The notes below the pieces were generated by a model. The model searched no databases. It was not told the DNA's origin and worked only from the letters and a program-made list of their open reading frames with translations. Below are positions 23,243 through 36,041 of a stretch of DNA of 64,000 nucleotides, one piece after another (the first letter of the stretch is position 1; each line of letters opens with the position of its first letter). This DNA comes from Eukaryota sp. GEM-RC1 (taxonomy: Eukaryota), in contig JAUFOQ010000006.1 in NCBI GenBank assembly GCA_040285855.1, positions 868,001 to 932,000 on the forward strand. The letters are read 5' to 3'. The position numbers and the translations under genes were made by a program.

Positions 23243-24941
23243 TTGATCAGTCCTGCAAACTGTTTGCAATGCTTTGATATGAACCACGGTCGCCTTAGCA
23301 CCACTTTCGCATCAGCTCCGTTTGCGTTTTCTCCTTCCGGCGATCCTTCTTCAAGTGTCAAAACTGTTAGTATTTGCCAGCGTACTCGTTTGGCCCTGAA
23401 TCTCTTTGACACTCACATAACCTCCTTCCACTCTAAGATTCGCTCAATTAAGTCTATTCCCTTTTGGAAACCTGTTCTACGTTCTGTTGAAGGCCGTTAC
23501 ATTTACACGTCATCTCATCCACCGAACGGCCCTGTCACTTACATTGAACTATCCCTACTTCCCTCTCACCTTACCCCTCCCTTACTTCGTTCTACCTCTT
23601 CTAATCCATCTGCTGCGTTCTTCCTTGTAATTCACCCTTTTGGTATCTCTAATCCCTTTCCTCTCTCCGATTCTGGTTCATTAAAACGCGCTCTAACTCA
23701 AATAGACAGTTCATTACAGTCTCTTTACTTTGGTTCTCTTGCTGCCACTCAAGTACAGCGTCCTGGCATCAACATTGCTACCCCCACCACTGTCAACCTG
23801 ACCCCCGGTCTCCCCCCAGGTCTACCTTCACCCCTACCCCCGGTCTACCCCCCATTCTTTTTACTCGACCACAGTCTGCTTTTAATGTAGCTAAACCTGT
23901 TAATAGGAGTTCCAGACCTCAAACAGCTCGTCCTATGACTGCCAAGGCAAGATCGTTGATTAGTATACTTGAACAAATATTTGAAATAGATTATTTTTCA
24001 GATAATTTAAAAATTGAGGAAGTTGTACTGTGCAAGGAAAGCTTTGAAGACTATGAAAGTGTTACGATACCATTTCTTGCTTCATCAAGATTGTTGAAAA
24101 GGTCAAAAGATGGATAAATGACCTATCTCTCCATTTTAGCCAATCAACTTCAATCATATTACGTGACGGTCGAATGATTCGATTGATTGATGAAGATGAT
24201 TGCTCACTTACCCTTTCTGCTTTCAGACCGTCTCGATTAGGAGATCATCTTGATGACGTGGACGACGGGACTTTTCTTGACAATGACGTGATTTATGACC
24301 TTCAACTACTGCCGCATTCAGATCAAGTCGAAGTTGTCACCTTCTCAAAACGTCTTGATCTCCTTTCACTTCGAGATGTTTCATCGCCAGCAGATGCTCA
24401 TCATTTGGGACTTTTGTTGGAGAAAAGCACACGTGCGCTGGAATGTAATTTAAATATTCCAAATTCTGAAATTTCCACTTTTGTTTGTTACCCACCACGA
24501 TTTCATCATTTATGTAGTCGTAGTATTGTCAGAACAAATTTCATGGATTATTTAGAAAATCTAGATGCACCTATTTGTGTTCCTCAAATGCCATCTTCGT
24601 TTGGTGCTCTTTTGTTCAAATCCCACATTCTAACATGTCTAACAACATCTTCTTCGTACTTTGTTGCCCACACGTTCTTCTTTTATACTGGTGTCTCCAG
24701 TTGTTGGGCAACTCTGTTAAAAGACGATGCTGAGGAACAATCATTTAGTTATTCAAATTCGTCATCAATCAATTCTGATTACCAATCCCCTAGCATGACG
24801 TCGCCTCTCCTTTCTACTCCTTTGATGTCTTCTCCAGTACCACAACCTAAACCAGTGGACAGCTCACCAAGAACACCGCAAGAAACACCGTCATTGTCTA
24901 GAATAAGTTCACGAAGAAGACCTTTTAGTGCAATGAGGTGA
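23243..24941 (+). CDS. Hypothetical protein fragmented into three ORFs (Pro-rich middle, Ser/Pro-rich C-terminus)
   Basis: Co-directional ORFs 23243-23890, 23935-24117 and 24174-24941. Start and junctions (introns or indels) unresolved; no family recognised. Confidence 0.5.
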
Positions 24942-25236
24942 CGTGATGATGACGTGATTGGTGTTTTTGACTGTGTATATTAATGTTATTATGTATTATT
25001 GATTGACTTCGACCTTAAATTTGATTGAAGTTGTCGTTTTTGACTGTTTGTTTTGTATTATATTTCTTAAATTTATGTTAATTTAGTGGTGGGTGTCGTT
25101 ATTGATTAAGCGATATCAACAGATTCATAAAATCTGCAAATAAAGCGGCTCTTATTAGGTTTTTGAAAAATCTATCAAATAAATTGTCGCTAATTTAATT
25201 CTGTCAATTATTTAATAGTGGATACTAAGATGTAGC

Positions 25237-26952
25237 CTAAAATTGAACATCAAAATAGTCAATAACATCTCTAGCATTTGACTCACCCAAGAAATAAGCC
25301 TTTTCCAACCAGAAATCGCCTTTTGATTGGTCTTCTTGGATTCCTTGTCCAATATGGTAACACACACCAAGCACTTTCATGGCACTAGAGTCACCCAAAT
25401 CAGCAGCCTTTTGATACCAGTACACAGCTTTTGAGTGGTCTTTCTGAAGTCCATTCCCATCATAGAAACAATCACCAAGATTAAACATAGCATAAGAGTC
25501 ACCCAAATCAGCAGCCTTTTGAAACCAGTAAACAGCCTTTGAGTAGTCTTTTTGATTCCTTCTGCATTAAAGTAACAAACACCAAGATTATTCATAGCAC
25601 AAGAATCACCCAAATCAGCAGCTTTTTGATACCAATAAACAGCTTTTGACAGGTTTTTGTGGATTCCTTGTCCAGTTTTGTAACAGTCACCAAGAGCTTT
25701 CATTGCAATTTGATCACCTAATTCTGCGTGTTTTTGACACCAACGAAGGGTTTTTTTCCAGGTTTGTTCTTGCGTTAGAGTTTCCCTTAGAATGAGCTTT
25801 TAAGAACCAGTAAACAGCTTGTCTTTCGTTCTTGTTTACCCCAATACCATCAAGAAAACAGTTACCCAGATTAACCATCGCATCGTCATCACCTCGTTCT
25901 GCAGCTTTTTGGTATTTTTCAAAAGCTAGTTCATCATTACTTTTCTCTATTTGATGATCATTTGCGAAAGAATTGTTCAACTTAATGGTTTCTTGAATTT
26001 CTTTCAACTCTTTCAGTACATCATTAATAGAAGGTCTTTCACTAGGATTAACTGAAAGACATTTGTTAATCAAATATGAAATTGGCTTGGGAAAACCTTC
26101 AGGAAAGCTCAACAAATGTTCTTGTTGTTTAGCCTTAACTACTTCAAGCACTTCCATACCTTCAAAAGCAAGTCGATTGGCAAACATATCATAAAACAAT
26201 ATACCAAGACTATACACGTCAAAAGCTGGGCCATAAATCTTTCTGAAAGCTTCAGGAGCAGTATACGTGGGAGCAACCTCGAGAGTAGAAGTATAGTAAT
26301 GCATGGTCAGAGAAGAACCAAAATCAGCAAGTTTGACCTGTGAGTTTACCAAGATAACATTTTGGGGCTTTATGTCATGGTGGACAATTCCTTTAGAATG
26401 CAAGTACTTCACAGCGGAACATATATCAATAGCTTGAGCAAGGATGGTGGGAGAAAGAGATGTTGGAACTTGTAAATGTCCAGAACCAAGTTCCATCAAG
26501 ATACCAATGTGCTTCGGAAGTGTGGTTATACCAAACACTCGAAGGACAAAAGGATGAGACAGAAAGGCCATGTGGGAGACTTCCTGTACGAGTCTTGATT
26601 CGTTCTGATCAGCTTTACGGACGAGTTTCAAAGCAACATTGTTTTGAGCCCATTCACAGAGATAAACAGTTCCGCTGATTCCGCTGCCCAATTTATTGTT
26701 GATGCTGAAATTGAGGTCTTCAGCTGGAGTTCCAGGTAAAACCGCGGGATTGCTAGCAAGACTATCAACAGCTTCACGGGTAACATAACAAGGCGCAATA
26801 TCACTTATAGACGTTTTGCGACGACATTTGGGACAATCGTGCTTCTCTTTTAGACACTTCGTTATACATGTAAGACAGAAACAGTGACCACAGGGCAGCG
26901 TGCAAGCTTTGTCAAAGACTGTGGTGCAGATCCAGCATTGTAAGTTAAGCAT
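25237..26952 (-). CDS. RING finger - protein kinase - SEL1 repeat protein, paralogue A
   Basis: C3HC4 RING (CWIC..PCGHCFCLTC..CPKC), kinase (GSGISG, VALK, HHDIKPQN, DFG, APE), then SEL1 repeats. Three ORFs join via homopolymer indels at 25751-25757 and 25549-25553. Confidence 0.9.
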
Positions 26953-27024
26953 TGTTTTGAGAAATTCTTTAACTCAAAGTTTTTAAATTTCAGAAATTTC
27001 CGTGTGTTAACACACTACAGTGAT

Positions 27025-27949
27025 CAGGGATTGGAAAAATATATTTATATTTATTGTGTACCAACAATATTTATTGACAATATGAGATCTTGAACAATAC
27101 GGTATTGTTATTGTGAACAAGAAATATATATTTATGGACAATATATTGCAATATTTGAAAACACATAAAAGAAGCAGTTTATTTGAAACTCAAATTTATT
27201 CTACGATATAATCATCCTGCGTACTGTGTTGTCGTCTCAGAAAGCAGGATTGTAGAGCAAGAACAATTGCTTTTCTAAGGTAGACGGATCCAAGGCATGT
27301 GACATCCTAAAGTAAGCTTTGAACGACTGAAGAGCCTCTCCACTTCGTTGGAGGTTAGAGGAATAAAGGATAGATCAATGTAGTCAGAATTTTTAGTGGT
27401 AGAATCAATTGTGTCTAGTTGAGAAGATAAGTTGACAGTCGAAGGTGACAAAGTGGCACTCTTTCTCAATCTCTTTACTGATTCTTTTCTGAATCAGTAA
27501 GAGTAGATTCTTTACCTTCTAGTATCTTGTCACCCCTGGTTCGAAATCACGAGAATGTCAGATAGTGGACAAACGCGGCAATAATAAGCAATATAATGTT
27601 GTTTGTCTACTGGAGGTTCTGGTTGGGACGTGACTTTCAAAAAGATGCGTTTTGCTATTTCTTTTGCCGTGTACATATTTGTAGAAGAAATTATTCTTTT
27701 ATTGTAGCTTATATATTCCACTGCATGGTCTTTGTTCATTTCTTTCCTCGTAAGAAAGCGATGTATGTTCTATAATACAATGTATTCTCTTACAACGATT
27801 CTAAACAACACTGGTGTACCATCTTTTACACTAACAATAACTAATAATATATTGCAATATATTGTTATTGTACGTGTACCAACAATATCATATTGTTATT
27901 GTAGCAATATCATTATATTGCAATATCAATATATTTTTTCCATTCCCTG
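27025..27949 (-). mobile_element. Non-autonomous hAT element
   Basis: TIR CAGGGATTGGAAAAA / TTTTTCCATTCCCTG; 8-bp TSD ACAGTGAT/ACAGTTAT; internal remnant YIDLSFIPLTSNEVERLFSRSKL. Confidence 0.9.
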
Positions 27950-28464
27950 ACAGTTATCCAACAGACAAATCTTTCTACGTGTTTTTGGTGTTTGTTTTGA
28001 TTTGATCGAGATCACATAACGTTTTCCCTTGCCACACTTAAAATGTTCATCCAAAAGTCGTTTTAAAAGTATTAATAAATCAAACTGCAAGTATACAAAA
28101 TTTGCTACCCCTATCACATCACCTGTCACAAAGTCTGTGATGTGTGATGTTGATTTCATAACAATGATTTGAAACCAAAGAAAAGAAAGAATGCCATAGA
28201 TATCTAGACAAGCAATCTATGTCTTGATATGTTTGTAGTAGTTGGAACTTGATGGGTATTTTCGGTTTCAGATCATACTTGGAGAATAGAGAAATTGAAC
28301 TTCTTTAAGTTCAATTAAGTTACACTCTACAAATGAAGAAGATCTTCAAATCGCAGAGGAGACACTAAAAACGCTACTGCATCGCAAATTCATGTCTGAA
28401 TTCAAAGAGACGGTTTAAACATGGCTTTCCAATTTGTATCACACTAATTCTAATCGACACTCAC

Positions 28465-28570
28465 CATTGAAAGAGGCGTTTTGAAGACAATTGGGTCATG
28501 TTTGAAAGACAAAAACAGTAACCACAGCACAATGTACACGCTCTGTCAAGGATTGAATTACCAGAGTAAT
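28465..28570 (-). pseudogene. Decayed RING fragment of the RING-kinase-SEL1 family
   Basis: Translates NSILDRACTLCCGYCFCLS...PNCLQNASFN and is collinear at DNA level with ~32975-33110. Confidence 0.6.
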
Positions 28571-29035
28571 TTCAGAAATTTTTCAAACAACTACTGTGAT
28601 TCGTAATAAGACGAGTATGTCAATTGAAAGGTTTACCTAATTAGTTTTGTAGTTGGTTTTTTGTTTTTCGTGTTTCCTGGATCTTTTCTGGTCATTTTTG
28701 ATATATCAATTTTTGTGACAATATGCAAATTTGGGTCACATTTTCTGTATGCTGTCGTGTAAACTTATACATGTAACTTTCTTTTCACTTAAATTTTAAG
28801 TGAAGGCTTTTTAATATGTATCTTAAGTTAGGCTACCTGCTTTGAACCATTGAGCTTTCATTAGTCAGGGGATACAATTTTGTTTTGTAATTCACTACAT
28901 TTATACTGTACATAAAAGAGTTTTGAAAAAATTAAAATACAACGAACAGTACACATTGTCATCGATAAAGTGAATCAATCACATTCAACAATTTAAAAAG
29001 AATCAATTATTTCAGAGACATTCAACATTCAAATA

Positions 29036-29977
29036 CAGTCAACCCTGTCTATAGCGTCACTATATGTCCTTACGCTATATCCAGTTTTACGCTATATCCA
29101 ATAAACACCCTGTGCAGTTCTACAAATTGAGTTGAGTCTTTATATACAAAGCAAATGAAGAGAACTAGGAGTGGGCCATTCGTTCATTGCCAAAGTAGAT
29201 GTAACAACCATGTCAATGATGAGATCAGCGGTCAACACCAAAATGTGGTGATGTCAAATTTTGACCAATGAAATTGAACGAAGAGTTCAACTGAAGACAT
29301 TCACGTGATGTAGCTTCACATAAACCATATTTGTATATGGGAGGAAGGATGAATGATCATGTCTTCACATCAAGATCTATGTTCGATCCACCCATCTTCT
29401 TCTGCATGTAGGTGGGATACCTATGTCACATAGTACACATTTTATCATTTCTGCGCTGGTATTTGTTCTTACAACACGATAAACTCTTCGTCTTCGTATC
29501 TTAAGGTTATAGTATTGGTTCAGCAGAGAGGTGATGGCGATACAAGGGAAGAAGTCTTTCAAGTTTGAGAGGTGATAGATCTAAACACCTTCGTTTTGAG
29601 GATGGTGCGCCTTTGACGTTATATCTTTACTCTGTTGAATCTATTCACAAGAGATGTCTATATTTAGAGAAATGTAGATGTTGAAGAATGTTTTCTACGT
29701 GTGTGAACTGGGGTTGCTTCGTAAGGCGATGTAGACCTTGAAGGAAGATGAGAAACAACAACAGAACAACGATGTGAGACAACGGCTGTCAAAGCATCAT
29801 CAAGTTGTTGGATATGATGAACAGAATGGAATGTTTAGCTAGAGGTACTTTATCACTTCCAGTTCATACTACACTCGTAACAGATACAAACAGATTGTCG
29901 TTCTGGAAAAAATGTCGTGTGGGTGAAAAAATAACGCTATAAAGAGTTTTACGCTATAGACAGGGTTAGACTGACTG
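29036..29977. mobile_element. TA-flanked pogo/Tc1-like non-autonomous element
   Basis: TA|CAGTCAACCCTGTCTATAGCGT ... ACGCTATAGACAGGGTTAGACTGACTG|TA; internal TACGCTATATCCA repeats. Confidence 0.82.
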
Positions 29978-30077
29978 TATACATAATGTTGTTCGTGATG
30001 TTTCTTATAAAATGTATTAACAGATTTATGTGTGGAGAAAAACACACGACAAGAAAACACCAAATAAAGTAAGACTC

Positions 30078-30270
30078 TTAAATCAAATTATCTAACGAAG
30101 TACCCAACTCCGAAAAGTAGTTACCACCAAACAACGTGAACAAAATGGAATCAACATTTCTATACATTGACAACAAAAACGAAAAAGCAAATTTTCTCTT
30201 CCAGTACGATCTGTTAAACTTCTTACCAAATTCTGAACACAAATTATTGAACAAATTTGCAACATAGTGG
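30078..30270 (-). pseudogene. 3' stub of RLE-type LINE
   Basis: FNNLCSEFGKKFNRSYWKRKFAFSFLLSMYR...LFGG is homologous to the C-terminus of ORF 2471-3328. Confidence 0.7.
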
Positions 30271-30585
30271 TCAGTGCATAAAGTCAAATTTGGTGGAAAA
30301 AAGACATGATTCATTGGCTTCTTTTAGAGGGAGTGTGTTAAAATGTAGAGCAAAGGGACGCTCCTTAAGAGAAAGAATCTATCTATAACGCATGTGTATT
30401 AGGAATTTGTTTCATGTTCACCTCTCACCATTGAACATGTGGAACGTCCTCAGGACTTGTTCAAGATGAAGTGAATGAGTTCACTCATTGCATTTAAAAG
30501 AAAGAATTTGTGATACAGTGAATCTTCGTACAGTATCGAATTTTCAAATTCTGGGAAGAACGAACACATTTGAAATTGTCCTAAA

Positions 30586-31702
30586 ATGAATAATCCTTCC
30601 ATCTTATTTCCCCCCGATCACAAATCTCCTCGTTCAACTGTCATCAGACACTCAGGTGCTGCTGACTCGACTAATCCAAGATGCCCTCATTATGAAGAAT
30701 CTCCTGTCAACTGTGTAATGTTATCTGTAGACATGGTTTTTTCAATGAGGCGGAGAGCCAAGCCACTACCACGGATGGTCGTCGTCAACATCAATGCCAT
30801 ACTACGGGAGCACACGAACGCAGTTAAACCCTGCCGGCAGAAGAAACGGCCAACCGAGAATTTGGACTTGTGGAACTTCAGAAATCGAGCAACTACTATT
30901 CATAGAGGAAAGAACGCCTATAGTCTCGAAGAAGAACGTCAAAAGGCAGCGAATGATGCTATCTTAGCCGTGACGAAAGAGATTAAAGGCCTGCTAAATA
31001 AGCTTTCGGAGGCCAATCTTACTCTCATAGCGACCCAGTTTCACTTCCTCCTCTCAGGTAACCACCACCTCTCAAAAATCCTGTCTCCTCAACAATTGAT
31101 ACGAATCCGAACTCTTTTTGCTGAATTTCTGTACAAGAAAGCCCTCTCTGAACCCACATACATCAACATCTACTCAGTACTATGTAAAAACTTGTCTACT
31201 GCGTTCACAGAAATCTCAACCGACATGATCAGACAATGTCGCATCCACTTTGAAAACTTCTTTGTTCGCAATGCAACCTTGTCAGAACACGTTGGAGAGA
31301 AGCTGAATCAACTGAAGACCACTCTTGCAGGTATGAATCAGACTCCCAGTACTTCTCAATTGAGGGCAGAACAATTCTATTCTGAGGAAAAATTGAAATC
31401 CCAAATTCAAACTAATATGCAGTTGACAGCTTCTCTTATACTCTTCAAAGTAATTTCACCTTCCGTTGCTGATAACATCACACGAATGCTCGTCAACAAT
31501 TACCAGAAGCGTTTTGCCGTTGAAGCCTTAATCACATTTTTGGACAAAAATGCTTGAAGCTGCGGGAGTTACTGGATACATTGAAACTGTGGCATCAAAA
31601 ATTCATGAATTATCCAAAAATAGAGAAGTACATGTGAGGGAACGTATGCTTTGTCTTAATTTTCTCGACCTACTGTGTGAAATAAGAAACAGTAGACGTT
31701 AG
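30586..31702 (+). CDS. MIF4G-domain (eIF4G-like) protein
   Basis: KEIKGLLNKLSEAN and LYKKALSEPTYINIYSVLC. Removing one A at 31546-31550 extends the frame to VRERMLCLNFLDLLCEIR* (typical last MIF4G helix). Confidence 0.8.
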
Positions 31703-32100
31703 ATTCTTAATCATTAGTGCAATTGTAAAATACTTTCATTTTGATCATTTAAATTTACTCCACATCTTTCTTATAGTTGTCAACCTGCAAGCTACAACGT
31801 TAAGATACTCAGATGATAAATAATTCCAAACATTTGTTGTTTTCTTCTTAAGGTATTTTGTTCACATTAACCGAGTAACAATTGGCTCCAGATAGAATCA
31901 AGAATTGCGATAATTCAAAATTCAAAAGTGCTCAAATTGAGAAAGTATTGATTACACGTACTATTAGTTCTTATATGGTATTATGTGACTGAGAGTATTG
32001 CTTTGAAAGGAACAAAAGGAAGAGACAATTACCAAAAAACAGGATGATGCTTCAAAATTAACATTCTAATTAAAAATTACTTACAATGTTTTAGAAAACA

Positions 32101-33132
32101 CTAATTAGAGTCATAGTCAGAGTTATAAATTGAAAAATAATACTGCAAATGCATTTCAGCATCAGAGTCGCCCAGATCAGCAGCTTTTTGATACCAATAC
32201 ACTGCTATCGAATCGTCCTGTGGGATTCCTTGTCCATCTTTGTAACAAACACCAAGATTATACATGGCCAAAGAGTCGCCCAGATCCGCAGCTTTTTGAT
32301 ACCAATACACAGCTTTTGAGTTATCTTTTTCGATTCCATGTCCATATTTGTAACAAACCCCAAGATTATACATAGCACGAGAGTGACACAAATCAGCAGC
32401 CTTTTGATACCATAGCATAGCTTTTGATTTATCTATTTGGATTCCTTGTCCATGTTCGTAACAAAAACCAAGATTATTCATAGCAACAGAGTGGCCCAAC
32501 TCAGCAGCTTTATGATACCAGTACACGGCTTTTGAATAGTCTTGTTCAATTCCTTCTCCATCACAGTAACAATCACCAAGAGCTTTCATTGCAAATTCAT
32601 CACCTAATTCTGCGTGTTTTTGACACCAATGAATAGTTTTGCCCAGGTGTGTTCTTGCACTGGAGTTTCCCTTAGAAAAAGCTTTCAAGAACCAGTAAAC
32701 AGCTTGTCTTTCGTCCTTGTTTACCCCAATACCATCAAGACAACAGTTACCCAAATTAACCATGGCTTCAGCATCACCTCGTTCTGCAGCTTCTTGGTAA
32801 CGGTGAAAAGTCAATTCATCAGTGTGTGTTTCTATTTGAAGATCATTTGCTAGAGAATTGTTCAACTCAAAGACTTCTCTGGTAGTGTAAAAACTGAGAT
32901 CTGCGGACAAGTTCTCAGATGAAGCAGCGGGATTTCTAGCAACAGTATCAACAGCTTCGCTGACAACATAACAGTGCTCATCATTGAAGGAGACCTTTTG
33001 ATGACAATTGGGACATTTTTGGTTGTCTTTGAGCCATTGAGTTATGCATGAAAGACAAAAACAGTAGCCACAGGACAGTGTACACACTTTGTCAAGGATG
33101 GAGTTGCAGATTGAACAATCTAAGTGGGACAT
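32101..33132 (-). CDS. RING - SEL1 repeat protein lacking the kinase domain, paralogue B
   Basis: RING-like (CSIC..SCGYCFCLSC..CPNC, His->Tyr) joined in frame to the post-kinase linker EVFELNNSLAND and SEL1 repeats. Confidence 0.9.
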   Translation of the reverse strand: MSHLDCSICNSILDKVCTLSCGYCFCLSCITQWLKDNQKCPNCHQKVSFNDEHCYVVSEAVDTVARNPAASSENLSADLSFYTTREVFELNNSLANDLQIETHTDELTFHRYQEAAERGDAEAMVNLGNCCLDGIGVNKDERQAVYWFLKAFSKGNSSARTHLGKTIHWCQKHAELGDEFAMKALGDCYCDGEGIEQDYSKAVYWYHKAAELGHSVAMNNLGFCYEHGQGIQIDKSKAMLWYQKAADLCHSRAMYNLGVCYKYGHGIEKDNSKAVYWYQKAADLGDSLAMYNLGVCYKDGQGIPQDDSIAVYWYQKAADLGDSDAEMHLQYYFSIYNSDYDSN

Positions 33133-33189
33133 GAAAAATATGATCAATCTAACACAGTTTCACTTTCAGAACTCTGAGTGAACTAACTT

Positions 33190-33510
33190 TTCTACCATCT
33201 GGCCCTGTTATTGTGAGTTTCAACTTAAAGCCAGCTTCAATTAAATTTAGACAGTTCATCAACTGATTGTGTACAAAAACAATTTTTATACATGAATTGA
33301 ACAGTTTGATGTACCTAACAACTAAAGATTTTTAAAAAGTTTCGAGAATTTTGTTCGCTTTTGATTTCTAAAATTTTCTGATTTCTGTAATAAGAAGAAT
33401 ACTTCGTAAGATCATCTTTCTGGAAATCTTGATGTAATATTTCTTTCAGTATGCCTAATTAGATACACTTAACTACAAAACTATTTTCCTCACAGTTTGA
33501 CTTAGTTTTT
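33190..33510. repeat. Diverged dispersed repeat also present at ~3920-4180 and ~51760-52035
   Basis: Shared blocks such as GAAATCTTGATG...GTATGCCTRATTAGATACACTTA...ACAGTTTGACTTAG and TACATGAATTG. Confidence 0.65.
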
Positions 33511-34315
33511 GAGACAAAACATTAAACGGTTACTCGTCACGATTACAACTGATTATGAGAAAGCAAAGACATGGCTGGAGAAGTTTTATTTAAAGAGTGG
33601 TGGTCCACAAAGACGACTCCGAGCATAGATTGAAAGATGTAATGTGGATGAATTGCATTTGGTGGATGGTTCACTCTGGTCCTCTTGGTCTTTTTTACTG
33701 TGATCTAGTCTTTAGGTTAGTCTCGTCGAGACTTCAACAAGCAATAATAAATACTTTTGGAAGGGGAAAAAACGGATAAATACTTGTGAAAGTCTGAAAT
33801 ACAATGTTAGACGTTGTACGACTGAATTATTTTAATATATGTAATTATCAATTCCTTAATACAAATTCAGATTTTTTCAGTTTTGAAATCTTAATGAGCC
33901 AATCTATTCAACCATAACAGATGATCACAGCGTTTGTTCATCCTATTTTATACGATTTTTCGGAAATCGTTTAAAAAAATTAATGAACTTTTTCCTAAGC
34001 GGCCGTAGATTGACACAGCAAAGGGAATACTTCACATTCAACGAGTTCACATGTTTTAAAGCCAACAATGGTTTGTTGTTTGGCTTGTTCAGAAACGATA
34101 AATTACAGGCTGTGAAGTTGTAAAGTTTAAGTGTAACGTAAAGCTGGTAATTGACAACTTTAGAAAACTAAATTTATGTAAAGTACAGCGATGATTGGGA
34201 TAAGTAAACAAACTTTACAAAGTTACCACAAATGAATACAGATATGCGCTGTCATTTAAGACAACAATCAGCTGATTGAAAGGCATCTGATTAAATGCTC
34301 CAAAATTAATCAGAA

Positions 34316-35968
34316 TCAAAAATAAGATGCTAAATACTCTTCAGCATTAGAGTCACCCAACTCAGCAGCCTTTTGAAACCAAAACACTGCTTGTGAGTCG
34401 TCTTGTTCGACTCCATCTCCATTTCCATAACAAACACCAAGATTAAACATAGCACTAGAATGACCCAAATTTGCAGCCTTTTGAAACCAAAACACTGCTT
34501 GTGAGTCGTTTTGTTCGACTCCATCTCCATCATTGTAACAATTGCCAAGATTAATCATAGCACTAGAATGACCCAAATTTGCAGCTTTTTGAAACAGATA
34601 TACAGCTTGTGACAAGTCTTCACGGATTCCTTCTCCATTTTTGTAACAAATGCCTAGGTTGACCATAGCACCAGGGTGACCCAAATCAGCGGCCTTTCGA
34701 TACCAATGAACAGCTTTTGAATGGTCTTTCTGAAGTCCTTGTCCATCATAGTAACAATTACCAAGATGAAACATAGCAACAGAATCACCCAAATCAGCAG
34801 CCTTTTGTAACTGGGGTGCAGTGTTTGAGTCATTCCCTCGGAGTCCGTGTTCATCAAACAAATAGTTATCCAGATTAACTCCGGCTTCAGGATCTCTAGC
34901 TTCTTTGGAACCGTCAAAAAACAAGCAATCATTGGTTTTTTTGACACAAAGATCATTTGTTAAAGAATTGTTCAAATCAAAGACTTCAATAGTTTCATCG
35001 ATGTTTCCTTGAATGTCTTTTAACTCTTTCAGTACATCATTAGTAGACGGTCTTTCACTAGGATTAACTGAAAGACATTTGTTAATCAAAGAGGAAATTG
35101 ACACAGGAAAACCTTCAGGAAAGCTTAATAAATGTTCTTGTTGTTTAGCCGTAACTACTTCAAGCACTTCCATACCTTCCAAGGCAAGTCTATTGGCAAA
35201 CATTTCATAAAACAATATTCCAAGACTATAAACGTCAAAAGCCGGACCATAAATCTTTCTGAAAGCTTCAGGAGCAGTATACGTGGGAGCAACCTCGAGT
35301 GTAGAAGTATAGTAATGCATGGTACGAGCAGAACCAAAATCAGCAAGCTTGACCTGTGAGTTTACCAAGATAACATTTTGGGGCTTAATATCGTGGTGGA
35401 CAATTCCTTTAGAATGCAAGTACTTCACAGCGGAACATATATCAATAGCTTGAGCAAGGGTGGTCGGAGAAAGAGATGTTGGAACTTGTAAATGTCCAGA
35501 ACCAAGTTCCATCAAGATACCAATGTGTTTCGGAAGTCTGGTTATACCAAACACTCGAAGGACAAAAGGATGAGACAGAGAGGCCATGTGGGAGACTTCC
35601 TGTAAGAGTCTTGATTCGTTCTGATCAGTTTTACGGACGAGTTTCAAAGCAACATTGGTGTCAGCCCATTCACAGAGATAAACAGTTCCGCTGATTCCGC
35701 TGCCCAATTCATTATTGATGTTGACACTTAGCTCTTCGTATAGAATCTCCGGTGATGCGGCGGGATTCCTAGCAAGGGCATCAACAACTTCGCGGACAAC
35801 ATAACAAGGCACAACATCACTGATAGAGGCTGGACAGCGACAATTGGGACAGTCGCGCTTTTGTTTTAGCCATTCTGTTATACATGAGAGACAAAAACAG
35901 TGGCCACAGGGCAGTGTACAGGCTTTGTCAAAGATTGAGGTGCAGATTGAACAATCTAGATGAAGCAT
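34316..35968 (-). CDS. RING - kinase - SEL1 repeat protein, paralogue C
   Basis: Intact ORF starting MLHLDCSIC; kinase nearly identical to paralogues A and D; four complete SEL1 repeats. Confidence 0.93.
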   Translation of the reverse strand: MLHLDCSICTSIFDKACTLPCGHCFCLSCITEWLKQKRDCPNCRCPASISDVVPCYVVREVVDALARNPAASPEILYEELSVNINNELGSGISGTVYLCEWADTNVALKLVRKTDQNESRLLQEVSHMASLSHPFVLRVFGITRLPKHIGILMELGSGHLQVPTSLSPTTLAQAIDICSAVKYLHSKGIVHHDIKPQNVILVNSQVKLADFGSARTMHYYTSTLEVAPTYTAPEAFRKIYGPAFDVYSLGILFYEMFANRLALEGMEVLEVVTAKQQEHLLSFPEGFPVSISSLINKCLSVNPSERPSTNDVLKELKDIQGNIDETIEVFDLNNSLTNDLCVKKTNDCLFFDGSKEARDPEAGVNLDNYLFDEHGLRGNDSNTAPQLQKAADLGDSVAMFHLGNCYYDGQGLQKDHSKAVHWYRKAADLGHPGAMVNLGICYKNGEGIREDLSQAVYLFQKAANLGHSSAMINLGNCYNDGDGVEQNDSQAVFWFQKAANLGHSSAMFNLGVCYGNGDGVEQDDSQAVFWFQKAAELGDSNAEEYLASYF

Positions 35969-36041
35969 AATTAGACGTTTTTTGGTGTTAATGATTAAAC
36001 CCACTACTAGTATCTATATGTACATGTACTGTACTACTAGT

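Noticed and set aside
23243..24941. MED13-like identity for the fragmented ORFs
   Set aside because: Only two short resemblances (IPFWK, VYPPFFL), which is not enough to name it.
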